Of a DNA stretch of 32,000 nucleotides, positions 1-9,484 are shown in pieces. The position numbers and the translations under genes are program-made. Positions within the stretch are counted from its first letter, which is position 1; the number at the start of each line of letters is the position of its first letter. The notes under the pieces were generated by a model. It saw nothing but the letters and a program-made list of their open reading frames with translations. It was not told where the DNA came from and searched no databases. The stretch lies in the NCBI RefSeq assembly GCF_000621645.1, contig NZ_JHXR01000011.1:90001-122000 (forward strand), given 5' to 3'. This stretch comes from Vibrio cholerae ATCC 14035. GTDB lineage: Bacteria; Pseudomonadota; Gammaproteobacteria; Enterobacterales; Vibrionaceae.

Positions 1-16
1 TGGCGAGAATCGCAAA

Positions 17-790
17 TTACGCTTTTTTCGCTTCTGCTGCGGCTTTGGCGATCGCGGCAAAGCCTTTCGCATCCAGTGATGCACCGCCAACCAGCGCACC
101 ATCGATGTCTGGTTGTGCAAAGTAAGACGCTGCGTTTTCTGGTTTTACGGAACCGCCGTACTGGATGATCACTTGCTCAGCCACTGCAGCATCTTTCGCA
201 GCGATCAGTGCACGGATTGACGCGTGGATACGCTGTGCATCATCTGCTGTCGCGGCTTTACCCGTACCGATTGCCCAGATTGGTTCGTAAGCGATGATCG
301 CGCCGTTCAGTGCTTCAACGCCGTAAGCATCGATCACTGCGTTGATTTGGCGAGCACATACCGCTTCTGTTTCGCCCGCTTCGTTTTGCGCTTCAGTTTC
401 ACCGATACAGAAGACTGGCGTTAGGCCGTTTTCTTTCAGGAACGCAAATTTCTTAGCGACGAACTCATCTGATTCTTTGTGGTAATCACGACGCTCAGAG
501 TGACCGATGATGATGTGCGAAGCACCGAAATCTTTCAGCATCGCAGGAGACATATCACCTGTGTACGCACCACTGTTGTGAGTATCGGTGTTTTGTGCAC
601 CCAGGATCAGCTTGTTGCCGCCTTCTTTGATCAGGCGCTCAGCCAGATCCAAATACATTGCTGGTGGCGCAACGACAACATCAACACCTTCAACACCTTC
701 AAGTTCTGCATTCAAACCGTTTAGCAGGTCAGTGACCATAGCTTTGCTGCCATTCAGTTTCCAGTTACCCATCACAACAGGACGACGCAT
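17..790 (-). CDS. tpiA: triosephosphate isomerase
   Basis: The ORF at 17..814 translates to a full-length TIM with the hallmark segments [14 protein letters not shown] and [12 protein letters not shown] trimmed the start to the ATG at 790 ([11 protein letters not shown]), which has GGAG 8 nt upstream. The 8-codon extension to 814 does not resemble any TIM N-terminus I know. Confidence 0.96.
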   Translation of the reverse strand: MRRPVVMGNWKLNGSKAMVTDLLNGLNAELEGVEGVDVVVAPPAMYLDLAERLIKEGGNKLILGAQNTDTHNSGAYTGDMSPAMLKDFGASHIIIGHSERRDYHKESDEFVAKKFAFLKENGLTPVFCIGETEAQNEAGETEAVCARQINAVIDAYGVEALNGAIIAYEPIWAIGTGKAATADDAQRIHASIRALIAAKDAAVAEQVIIQYGGSVKPENAASYFAQPDIDGALVGGASLDAKGFAAIAKAAAEAKKA

Positions 791-1033
791 AGGAATATCT
801 CCATATCTAATCAATGTAAAAAATAAACTCGCAGGACTATAGCAGAATAAATTCGTCAGATCATGACTCGTATCATGTCTTTATGGGATCTCATCGACGC
901 GACAAATCAGCAATCGAGTGATCTGAGTGACAGATTATTCGGTAGTGGCTCGGTTTTTTAGGTTGAACTTGTTATTACTATCCCTCTCTCTAGGACAGAA
1001 CGATTTTTATCCACCGTTAGCAAGGAAAACCGA

Positions 1034-1384
1034 ATGCCAAACTTAGTCATGGAATACTCAAACTCAGTCGATGAACGCATCAATGTGCAAGGATTGCTGG
1101 AAGATTTGCATCGAGCCGCTATTGATTCAGGACTGTTTGAAATAAGTTCGGTAAAATCTCGCGCGCTGCGCTGCCACCATTGGTTGATTGGGGATGAAGG
1201 CGACAGCGTTGATTTTATTCACCTCAGTTTTGAGTTGCTGGCAGGACGCAGTCCTGAGCAAAAGCGAGAGCTATCGCGTAAGCTGATGGAGATTCTGGCG
1301 GCGAAAGCCAGCCATGTGCGCAGTTTGACCATTAATATTCGAGATATGGATACAGACTGCTTTCAAAAAGTCATCAATCGATGA
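1034..1384 (+). CDS. 5-carboxymethyl-2-hydroxymuconate isomerase (CHMI)-like tautomerase-superfamily protein
   Basis: This 116-aa ORF starts MPNLVMEYS, so Pro follows the initiator Met as in tautomerases. It aligns by eye with recalled E. coli C HpcD: MPHFIVECS, GIFPLAGIRSRV versus GLFEISSVKSRAL, and FVHMTLKIGAGRS versus FIHLSFELLAGRS. No hpa/hpc pathway genes are nearby. Confidence 0.72.
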   Translation: MPNLVMEYSNSVDERINVQGLLEDLHRAAIDSGLFEISSVKSRALRCHHWLIGDEGDSVDFIHLSFELLAGRSPEQKRELSRKLMEILAAKASHVRSLTINIRDMDTDCFQKVINR

Positions 1385-1403
1385 CCTTGTTTAGGTAAAA
1401 GTC

Positions 1404-1844
1404 ATGTCGTTACAAACACTGTTGTTTTCTTTTCAGGGGCGTATTGGTCGCCAAGCTTTCTGGCTGTGGAATATTTGCTACTACGCCATGATTGCCGGTT
1501 TTGCAATGGGATCGAATCTGCTATTTCCCGATGTTGCGCACCTGATCTTGCCGGTTTTTCTGCTGGTAGTCTTAGTGCCAGATTTGGCGATTACCGCTAA
1601 GCGTTGGCATGATCGTGACAAATCAAGCTGGTGGTTGCTACTCAATGTGCCGCTTGTGATTGGCCGCATGACGATTCCGGCAGGAGAATTGGCCGTGAAT
1701 ACCCAACCCGGCATGCTGGAAACACTTATCTCGTTTGTGGCCTTACTGTGTGGTGCATGGATTTTGGTGGAGTGCGGATTTCTTTCTGGCACGGATGGCA
1801 GTAACCGTTTTGGCGCCGAGCCGAAGTGGATCAAAAAAAGCTAG
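1404..1844 (+). CDS. DUF805-family inner-membrane protein (YhaH/YhaI-like)
   Basis: This 146-aa ORF begins 19 nt after the preceding stop. It carries the typical DUF805 signatures FSFQGRIGRQAFW and AKRWHDRDKSSWW and about 3-4 hydrophobic helices. Confidence 0.8.
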   Translation: MSLQTLLFSFQGRIGRQAFWLWNICYYAMIAGFAMGSNLLFPDVAHLILPVFLLVVLVPDLAITAKRWHDRDKSSWWLLLNVPLVIGRMTIPAGELAVNTQPGMLETLISFVALLCGAWILVECGFLSGTDGSNRFGAEPKWIKKS

Positions 1845-1871
1845 GCCAGCAATAAGCGGTATCAAATGCGT

Positions 1872-1898
1872 AAGAGAGGAGGTTTCTCTCCTCTCTTT
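1872..1898 (+). terminator. stem-loop after the DUF805 gene (probable intrinsic terminator)
   Basis: aagagaggag (1872-1881) pairs perfectly with ctcctctctt (1888-1897) across a 6-nt loop. The trailing U-tract is short (ttta). Confidence 0.5.
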
Positions 1899-1912
1899 AT
1901 TGTCATCCCTAA

Positions 1913-1933
1913 ACCACCGCTTTTAGCGGTGGT
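1913..1933 (-). terminator. stem-loop after the DUF3135-like gene (probable intrinsic terminator)
   Basis: accaccgc (1913-1920) pairs with gcggtggt (1926-1933) across a 5-nt loop. On the minus strand it is followed by ttta and lies 38 nt past the stop at 1971. Confidence 0.45.
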
Positions 1934-1970
1934 GATTGTTCTTGCCACTTTTCCATCTCGGCTAAGAGCG

Positions 1971-2330
1971 TTATCGCCAGCCGTCGTCTTGAACCATTCT
2001 CGGGCGAAACGGCACCACATCCGCGACGGTATCTTGCTGCAAATCGCCCTCTAATGCATTACGAAAACGCACCATTTGTTGGCTCAGTTCACGCATTAAG
2101 GTTACGTTGGCGTGTACGGGGTTTTTGCATTGACCCACCACGCGATCAATATGGCTCTGCTGTGCCCAAAGCCTTTGCTGCATGGCGTGCGAGGCAGAGA
2201 GGATCATCTCTTCGCACATCTCCTTCTTAAACTGATCAAAAGCATCAGGATGGTGCTTTGCGAGGGCGACCAACTCATCAAAGGGTGGTAGTACCTGATT
2301 ACAAGGTTCGGGTGAGTGTGGGGGCGTCAT
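1971..2330 (-). CDS. small conserved hypothetical protein (DUF3135-like, assigned from memory)
   Basis: This 119-aa ORF has a strong GGAGG Shine-Dalgarno 7 nt upstream of the ATG. The helical segment LPPFDELVALAKHHPDAFDQFKKEMCEEMI resembles the DUF3135 proteins I recall from Vibrionaceae. It has no signal peptide or TM segment. Confidence 0.6.
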   Translation of the reverse strand: MTPPHSPEPCNQVLPPFDELVALAKHHPDAFDQFKKEMCEEMILSASHAMQQRLWAQQSHIDRVVGQCKNPVHANVTLMRELSQQMVRFRNALEGDLQQDTVADVVPFRPRMVQDDGWR

Positions 2331-2468
2331 GTGGCAATCCTCCGCCTTTGGCTAAACTGATGCTTTTATCAACAATACTAGCTTAAGCGATTTTTGCGCA
2401 GTTCGGCGGAACGAATATCGCCCTTCTTATAAATAAGACGAAAAGGGCTAAAAACAGCATGAGAGAGA

Positions 2469-3086
2469 TTATCGCGCGGCAATAAAGTAAGTGCAGCGAC
2501 GCTCTCCGGCGACAATGTGTTCGCGGCGTTCGATATGGCATTCTTCGCCCAATAAACGGCGAAAAACATTCAACTCAGATTGGCACAGGCTGGGACAGCG
2601 GGTGGCTGCTTTGCAAATCGGGCAGTGGTTTTCAATCAAAATAAAGCCGTCGGCCGTCGACTCTAACTCGGCCATATAGCCTTCTTGTTCGCGCAGGGTA
2701 ACCAAAGCTTCGAGTTTTTCTTGTAGAGAGTGGCACTCCACTAAGGCGTTGTGATAGGCAGCAAAGGTTTGGGCTTCCCGTTCCGCCGCCACCTTGGCGA
2801 GTCCTTCTTTACCAAAAATATGCTCGACCGCATCAATCACTTGAATGGTCAGCTCACCATGACGATCGGCAAACTGATTGTGTCCTTTCGCGGTTAAAGA
2901 CCAATGGCGAGTCGGACGACCGACCTTGACTTTCACATCATGAAAGGCCAGCACACCTTCTTCTTCCAGACTTTGTAAATGCTGACGAGCGCCCATGGTC
3001 GTGATACCTAGGTCTTCAGCCAACTGTTTGGCGGTTACTGTGCCTTCACGTTTGATCGTGTGAAGAATGCGGTCAACCGTTTTCAT
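2469..3086 (-). CDS. winged-helix transcriptional regulator with a C-terminal Cys cluster (COG2345 / SufR-like architecture)
   Basis: This ORF is 205 aa. The N-terminus is a DeoR/ArsR-type wHTH (TVTAKQLAEDLGITTMGARQHLQSLEEEGVL). The C-terminus carries six Cys: ENHCPICKAATRCPSLCQSE...EECHIERREHIVAGERRCTY. Confidence 0.8.
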   Translation of the reverse strand: MKTVDRILHTIKREGTVTAKQLAEDLGITTMGARQHLQSLEEEGVLAFHDVKVKVGRPTRHWSLTAKGHNQFADRHGELTIQVIDAVEHIFGKEGLAKVAAEREAQTFAAYHNALVECHSLQEKLEALVTLREQEGYMAELESTADGFILIENHCPICKAATRCPSLCQSELNVFRRLLGEECHIERREHIVAGERRCTYFIAAR

Positions 3087-3346
3087 CGTCTCTTATTTTC
3101 CTAACAAGGTGTGGTTTCTAAGCGGAGCCATTGTGCCTGTCACCATTCATTTTGGGTGTTGCTGGATCGGTGCCTCTTTATACTGCCGTTATTATGGAAT
3201 GCGAATTTAATAAAGCAAACTATTTACTATACCTAAGGACTCGCTAGCGGGTTGCCCTTGATCACCAGCAGGATCGAAAGCGCCACCCTGCCCAGAGCGA
3301 TTTGCTGTTTGAAAATGTTAAATTAATCACGTTTTTTTACGCTTGC

Positions 3347-3380
3347 CCCCTTGGGATATGGTGCAAGTTCCCCCACATAT
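3347..3380 (+). promoter_or_regulatory. sigma-32 (heat-shock) type promoter of groES-groEL
   Basis: CCCCCTTGGG (3346-3355), then a 15-nt spacer, then CCCCACAT (3371-3378). The consensus is CTTGAAA-N13-15-CCCCATNT, and the recalled E. coli groE promoter is CCCCCTTGAA-N13-CCCCATTT. The site lies about 68 nt upstream of the groES ATG. Confidence 0.6.
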
Positions 3381-3445
3381 GTGACACATGCTGATGATCA
3401 GCGTTTTATCAACCATACGGAAAATTAAATCAGGAGAGACGACCG

Positions 3446-3736
3446 ATGAATATTCGTCCATTACATGACCGAGTGATCGTTGAACGCCAAGAAGTTGAAT
3501 CAAAATCTGCTGGTGGAATTGTTCTAACTGGTTCTGCGGCGGAAAAATCAACGCGCGGTAAAGTGTTGGCTGTTGGTAAAGGCCGCATTCTAGAGAACGG
3601 TTCAGTTCAACCTTTGGACGTGAAAGTAGGCGACACCGTGATCTTCGCAGAAAGCTACGGCACAAAAACAGAAAAGATCGATGGCAAAGAAGTGCTGATC
3701 TTGGCTGAACATGACATTTTGGCAATCGTTGAATAA
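3446..3736 (+). CDS. groES: co-chaperonin GroES
   Basis: This 96-aa ORF reads [12 protein letters not shown]...[23 protein letters not shown] and is near-identical in pattern to E. coli GroES. An AGGAG Shine-Dalgarno lies upstream. Confidence 0.98.
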   Translation: MNIRPLHDRVIVERQEVESKSAGGIVLTGSAAEKSTRGKVLAVGKGRILENGSVQPLDVKVGDTVIFAESYGTKTEKIDGKEVLILAEHDILAIVE

Positions 3737-3786
3737 TTGATTCTGAATCCCAACGAAATCAATAACTGAATTTAGAAAGGAAATGA

Positions 3787-5424
<1,638 letters not shown>

Positions 5425-5445
5425 TCATCCCCCTTAGCAGGAAAA

Positions 5446-5471
5446 GCCGGAGCCCAAGCTCCGGTTTTTTT
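5446..5471 (+). terminator. intrinsic terminator of groESL
   Basis: ccggagc (5447-5453) pairs with gctccgg (5458-5464) across the loop ccaa. A run of 7 T (5465-5471) follows. Confidence 0.85.
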
Positions 5472-5634
5472 ATGCCGTGGTTATGCTAAAGCATGGTTAA
5501 GATAGGTCAGCATGACCAAGAACATGACCATAAACTGCGCGGAAAAATGACACAATATTCACATTACCTTATGCAAGATATGGATAATGTTGCCTAGTTT
5601 TCCCCCTTATCCATCCTGATTGGAGGTTATTTTT

Positions 5635-6195
5635 ATGAACAAGCCGTTTGCTTTGATGGCGCTTACTGCAGCGATGGCTGCACCAGCCGCATTGGCTTCA
5701 ACACCCGTTATGTTCTCTTCTATCGATAATTTCAACACGCCAGATGCGAACCAAGTTGCGGGTGTACGTTTGTCGGCACTGCACGGTAAAGTGAATGAAG
5801 TCAAAGGGGTTGATTTCTCGATTCTTGGCCTGTCTGAAACTGACAAAACCACAGGTGTGAACTTTGGCTTATTCTTCGGTGCAAGCAAAGTGAACCAAGA
5901 GATGACGGGTGCATCTCTGGGTCTTTTGAACTGGAACACGGGTAATACTTATGGTGCGAACCTAGGTTTTGTGAACCTGACTCATGATGTGAAAGGCGCG
6001 AACTTGAGCTTTGTGAACTACTCAGAAGGTAACACTCTCGTTGACTTAGGTGCGGCCAACTTCTCGAACACTTCAACAGTGCAGTTTGGCCTATTCAACA
6101 AAACGGAAAAAATCGAAGGCGTGCAGATTGGTTTGATCAACTGTGCGGACAACGGTTTCTTTAAGTGTTTCCCAATCATTAACTTTGCGAAGTAA
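5635..6195 (+). CDS. secreted protein made of degenerate 14-18 aa G-x-x-[LF]-[GS]-[LF]-x-N repeats; function unknown
   Basis: The ATG at 5635 is preceded by GGAGG at a 9-nt spacing, whereas the ORF-track start at 5620 is a TTG overlapping that SD. The Sec signal peptide is MNKPFALMALTAAMAAPAALA|S. The mature part contains about 8 tandem units, including GVDFSILG, GVNFGLFF, GASLGLLN, GANLGFVN, GANLSFVN and GVQIGLIN. Confidence 0.75.
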   Translation: MNKPFALMALTAAMAAPAALASTPVMFSSIDNFNTPDANQVAGVRLSALHGKVNEVKGVDFSILGLSETDKTTGVNFGLFFGASKVNQEMTGASLGLLNWNTGNTYGANLGFVNLTHDVKGANLSFVNYSEGNTLVDLGAANFSNTSTVQFGLFNKTEKIEGVQIGLINCADNGFFKCFPIINFAK

Positions 6196-6201
6196 TGATG
6201 C

Positions 6202-6229
6202 AAAAAGCGTTGCCGAGGCAACGCTTTTT
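6202..6229. terminator. bidirectional intrinsic terminator between the repeat-protein gene and epmB
   Basis: gcgttgcc (6207-6214) pairs with ggcaacgc (6217-6224). It is flanked by A5 (6202-6206) and T5 (6225-6229), so a U-tract follows the hairpin on both strands. Confidence 0.75.
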
Positions 6230-6231
6230 CT

Positions 6232-7254
6232 TTATTCAAGATGCAGATCAAGCGGTGTTTTGCTGGGCCTGCCACCGATTTCTCGAGTTAATTTCGGTAC
6301 CAGATAGCCTGACACCTGTTCAATTAAGCCTGCCATAATCTGCCTTGCTTTATCATCACTGACGTAAAAATGCGCCGCGCCTTGCACCTTATCCAACACA
6401 TGCAAGTAATAAGGCAGAATACCTGCATCAAACAAGGTTTCGCTGAGCGACACTTGTGCGTCAACCGTGTCATTGACCCCTTTGAGCAACACACCTTGAT
6501 TGAGTAAGGTGACATTGACGGCTCGCAAACGGGCCATCTGCTGTTTAAGCTCAAGATTGATCTCATTGGCGTGGTTGATGTGTGTCACCAGCAGTACTTG
6601 CAAGCGGGTTTGCGCGAACAGTTCAACCAATTCATCGGTGATGCGCGCGGGGATCACCACGGGTAATCGCGAGTGAATGCGTAACCGTTTGATGTGCGGA
6701 ATTGCTGCGATACGCTCCATCAGCCATGCAATTTCATGATCTTTGGCCATTAAAGGATCGCCGCCGGAGAAAATCACTTCGTTGAGCTGTGGATTTTGCG
6801 CAATGTAATCGAGGCTTTGTTGCCAAGCGCTTTTGCCGCCTTTGTTATCTTCATAGGGAAAATGACGGCGAAAGCAATAACGGCAGTTGATGGCGCAACC
6901 ACCTTTGACGATCAACAAGCAGCGATTTTTATACTTGTGCAGCAAGCCGGGCACGGTGTTGTTTTGTTCATCCAGTGGGTCATGTGAGTAGCCGGGATGA
7001 ATCTCAAACTCAGCACTCAACGGTAAAACTTGCCGTAAAAGTGGATCGGCAGGATTGCCTTTTTGCATGCGATCGACAAAACTTTGCGGCACCCGCTGCG
7101 CAAACAGTTTGCGCGCTTCAAATCCGTCTTGCCATGGCGAAGGATCGATCTCAAGTTGCTGCAATAATTGCAGAGGATCGGAGATCGCGTTTGCCAGCTG
7201 TTGCAACCAGTTTTGCTCAACAGAAATGACTTTTCGGGTTATGATGTGCGGCAT
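6232..7254 (-). CDS. epmB: EF-P beta-lysylation protein EpmB (lysine 2,3-aminomutase-like radical SAM enzyme, YjeK)
   Basis: This 340-aa ORF has the radical-SAM CxxxCxxC motif in GGCAINCRYCFRR and the KamA-like segments IFSGGDPL and GVLLKGVND. It is divergent from efp, as in E. coli. Confidence 0.92.
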   Translation of the reverse strand: MPHIITRKVISVEQNWLQQLANAISDPLQLLQQLEIDPSPWQDGFEARKLFAQRVPQSFVDRMQKGNPADPLLRQVLPLSAEFEIHPGYSHDPLDEQNNTVPGLLHKYKNRCLLIVKGGCAINCRYCFRRHFPYEDNKGGKSAWQQSLDYIAQNPQLNEVIFSGGDPLMAKDHEIAWLMERIAAIPHIKRLRIHSRLPVVIPARITDELVELFAQTRLQVLLVTHINHANEINLELKQQMARLRAVNVTLLNQGVLLKGVNDTVDAQVSLSETLFDAGILPYYLHVLDKVQGAAHFYVSDDKARQIMAGLIEQVSGYLVPKLTREIGGRPSKTPLDLHLE

Positions 7255-7286
7255 TGATTTTAACTCGAAGATAGTAAGAGGAAAAA

Positions 7287-7853
7287 ATGGCTACTGTTAG
7301 CACGAATGAATTTAAAGGCGGTCTCAAAATTATGCTTGATAACGAGCCTTGTGTCATTCTCGAAAACGAGTATGTAAAACCAGGTAAAGGTCAGGCATTC
7401 AACCGCGTGAGAATCCGTAAGCTGCTTACTGGTAAAGTTCTGGAAAAAACCTTTAAATCGGGTGACACAGCGGAAGTTGCTGATGTTGTCGATATCGATC
7501 TGGATTACCTGTACAACGATGGCGAATTCTACCACTTCATGAACAACAGCACCTTCGAACAGCTTGCTGCAGATGCAAAAGCGGTTGGCGAGAATGCGAA
7601 ATGGTTGGTAGAAAACAACACTTGTATGCTGACGCTGTGGAATGGTAACCCAATCGCGGTCACTCCACCAAACTTCGTTGAGCTAGAGGTGACTGAAACG
7701 GATCCAGGCGTGAAAGGTGACACTCAAGGTACTGGCGGCAAACCAGCGACTCTGTCTACCGGCGCTGTCGTTCGTGTACCTCTCTTCGTACAGATTGGCG
7801 AAGTGATCAAAGTGGACACTCGCTCTGCAGAATACGTTGGCCGTGTGAAGTAA
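7287..7853 (+). CDS. efp: elongation factor P
   Basis: This 188-aa ORF reads [22 protein letters not shown]...[17 protein letters not shown]. It contains the KPGKGQA loop with the modifiable Lys34. Confidence 0.98.
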   Translation: MATVSTNEFKGGLKIMLDNEPCVILENEYVKPGKGQAFNRVRIRKLLTGKVLEKTFKSGDTAEVADVVDIDLDYLYNDGEFYHFMNNSTFEQLAADAKAVGENAKWLVENNTCMLTLWNGNPIAVTPPNFVELEVTETDPGVKGDTQGTGGKPATLSTGAVVRVPLFVQIGEVIKVDTRSAEYVGRVK

Positions 7854-7870
7854 TCACCGCGGTCACAAGA

Positions 7871-7898
7871 AAAAACCAACCTTGCGGTTGGTTTTTTT
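7871..7898 (+). terminator. intrinsic terminator of efp
   Basis: ccaacc (7876-7881) pairs with ggttgg (7886-7891) across the loop ttgc. T7 (7892-7898) follows. Confidence 0.85.
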
Positions 7899-7924
7899 AT
7901 GCGTGTAGTTTTAGCCTTGCAATC

Positions 7925-7956
7925 AAAAAGCTGGCCTGTTGTCAGCCAGCTTTTTT
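7925..7956 (-). terminator. intrinsic terminator of the frd operon (hairpin usable on both strands)
   Basis: gctggcctg (7930-7938) pairs with cagccagc (7943-7950) with one bulge. It is flanked by A5 (7925-7929) and T6 (7951-7956) and lies 11 nt past the frdD stop. Confidence 0.75.
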
Positions 7957-7966
7957 ATGTTTCATG

Positions 7967-8329
7967 TTAGATCATGAAGATAAACACGACCGCCAGTGCG
8001 GAGATGATGGTTGCAAAGCCGTAGCAAGCGATTTTCCCTGCCACACCGGTGTGGAATTTCAAATCATGCATCCCGTGGTGAACACGGTGCATGGCATGCC
8101 ACATTGGTAGAGCTAAAGTGCCGATGATGAACAGTGCACCAATGATGCTAGTTGCAAAGCTAGACACTCGCTCATAGCTCAGTGCTTCGGCATCAATTAC
8201 TCCCAGTGGCGCAAGAATGCCCAGTACCAGAACGGTAATCGGGGTGATCATGGCAAACCAAGTGCCACCAGCACCAAACAGGCTCCACCATACGGGTTCG
8301 TCTGAACGTTTTGGGTTGGTATTAATCAC
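7967..8329 (-). CDS. frdD: fumarate reductase membrane anchor subunit D
   Basis: This matches recalled E. coli FrdD ([22 protein letters not shown]). I place the start at the GTG at 8329 ((M)[14 protein letters not shown]), which has AAGGAG 6 nt upstream. The ORF-track TTG start at 8359 would overlap the end of frdC. Confidence 0.9.
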
Positions 8330-8339
8330 AATAAGCTCC

Positions 8340-8723
8340 TTACACCACAATAAGAACAATCAGTGAGATAAAGGCCACGGCCGCCCACTGTGCTAGCACG
8401 ATGATCTTTTTATCAACCAGTTTGCCGCCTAAACGAATAGGCACGACTTGTGGCATCATGCTAAAGAAGGTTTGCGCATGGAATAAGCTTCCCGCCAGCG
8501 CCACTAGGTTGATCGCAATGACGAGTGGGTTAGCCATAAAATCCAACCAGGTTTGCCATGCTTCAGGGCCTTTCACCAGAGAACCTAAACCAACGGTGAG
8601 GAACAGGGTAAACAGGATCAATGGCAGAACCGTCGCTTCACGCACCATGTAGAAGCGGTAGAAAGGATGATCCTTCCACCAAGTGCGTTTCATTTCACGA
8701 ACATAAGGTTTACGGTTACTCAT
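8340..8723 (-). CDS. frdC: fumarate reductase membrane anchor subunit C
   Basis: This 127-aa ORF reads [32 protein letters not shown], the FrdC pattern, and has three hydrophobic helices. It starts 2 nt after the frdB stop. Confidence 0.93.
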
Positions 8724-8725
8724 CC

Positions 8726-9484
8726 TTAGGCCTCCACTTTCTTCGGTGAACCATCTGGGTTCAACATCGCGATCACGAAGTCTAATGAGGACTCCACTTT
8801 GCCTTGGTTTACGGCTGCCGCTGGGTCAACGTGTTTTGGACACACTTCAGAGCAGTAACCCACGAAGGTACAACCCCAAGCGCCATTATCACCGTTAATA
8901 AGCTTCATACGCTCGGCTTTACCGTTGTCACGGCTATCGAGGTTGTAGCGGTGCGCCAGAGTGAGTGCCGCAGGGCCTAAGAACTCAGGGTTTAGACCAA
9001 ACTGTGGACAAGCTGCATAACACAAACCACAGTTGATACAACCAGCAAACTGCTTGTAGCGTGCCATTTGCTCTGGAGTCTGCAGGTTAGTGCCGTCTTC
9101 AGGCTTACGATCGTTACCTATGATGTATGGTTTGATCGCTTCCAAACGCTCGATGAACGGCGTCATATCCACGATCAGGTCTTTCTCGATGGGGAAGTTG
9201 GCCAGTGGCTCGATCTTTACGCCTTCTGGGTAATCACGTAAGAAGCTCTTACATGCCAGTTTTGGCACGCCATTAACCATGATGCCGCAAGAGCCACAAA
9301 TCGCCATACGGCATGACCAGCGGTAAGAAAGATCTTTATCTAAGTGATCTTTCACATAGCCAATCGCATCCAGTACCGACATAGTTTCATCAAACGGAAC
9401 TTCGAAGCGTTGCATGTGTGGCTCTGCATCGTTGGCTGGGTCGTAGCGCAGAATGTCCACTTTTTGAATACGTTGTGCTGACAT
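8726..9484 (-). CDS. frdB: fumarate reductase iron-sulfur subunit
   Basis: This 252-aa ORF has the motifs [27 protein letters not shown] and [13 protein letters not shown], which are the 2Fe-2S, 4Fe-4S and 3Fe-4S cluster ligands. Its ATG overlaps the frdA stop. Confidence 0.97.
   Translation of the reverse strand: MSAQRIQKVDILRYDPANDAEPHMQRFEVPFDETMSVLDAIGYVKDHLDKDLSYRWSCRMAICGSCGIMVNGVPKLACKSFLRDYPEGVKIEPLANFPIEKDLIVDMTPFIERLEAIKPYIIGNDRKPEDGTNLQTPEQMARYKQFAGCINCGLCYAACPQFGLNPEFLGPAALTLAHRYNLDSRDNGKAERMKLINGDNGAWGCTFVGYCSEVCPKHVDPAAAVNQGKVESSLDFVIAMLNPDGSPKKVEA

Noticed and set aside
1735-2054. Two plus-strand ORFs (63 aa and 62 aa) across the DUF805 3' end and the terminator region.
   Set aside because: They run through two back-to-back terminator hairpins and overlap convergent genes. 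Their translations are low-complexity.
3229-3310. GC-richer patch within the AT-rich regulator-groES spacer, considered as a possible structured RNA.
   Set aside because: I could not find a consistent helix set, a terminator or a known riboswitch motif by eye. It may simply contain the regulator's promoter or operator.
3327-3725. 132-aa ORF antisense to groES.
   Set aside because: It fully overlaps the unmistakable groES gene on the opposite strand. The translation is Arg/Leu/Ser-rich and low-complexity, there is no SD, and it runs into the groES promoter. It is a typical shadow ORF.
5607-6076. Antisense ORFs (110 aa and 91 aa) opposite the repeat-protein gene.
   Set aside because: The plus-strand ORF has an SD, a signal peptide and a terminator. 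The antisense frames have none of these and simply reflect the repetitive codon pattern.
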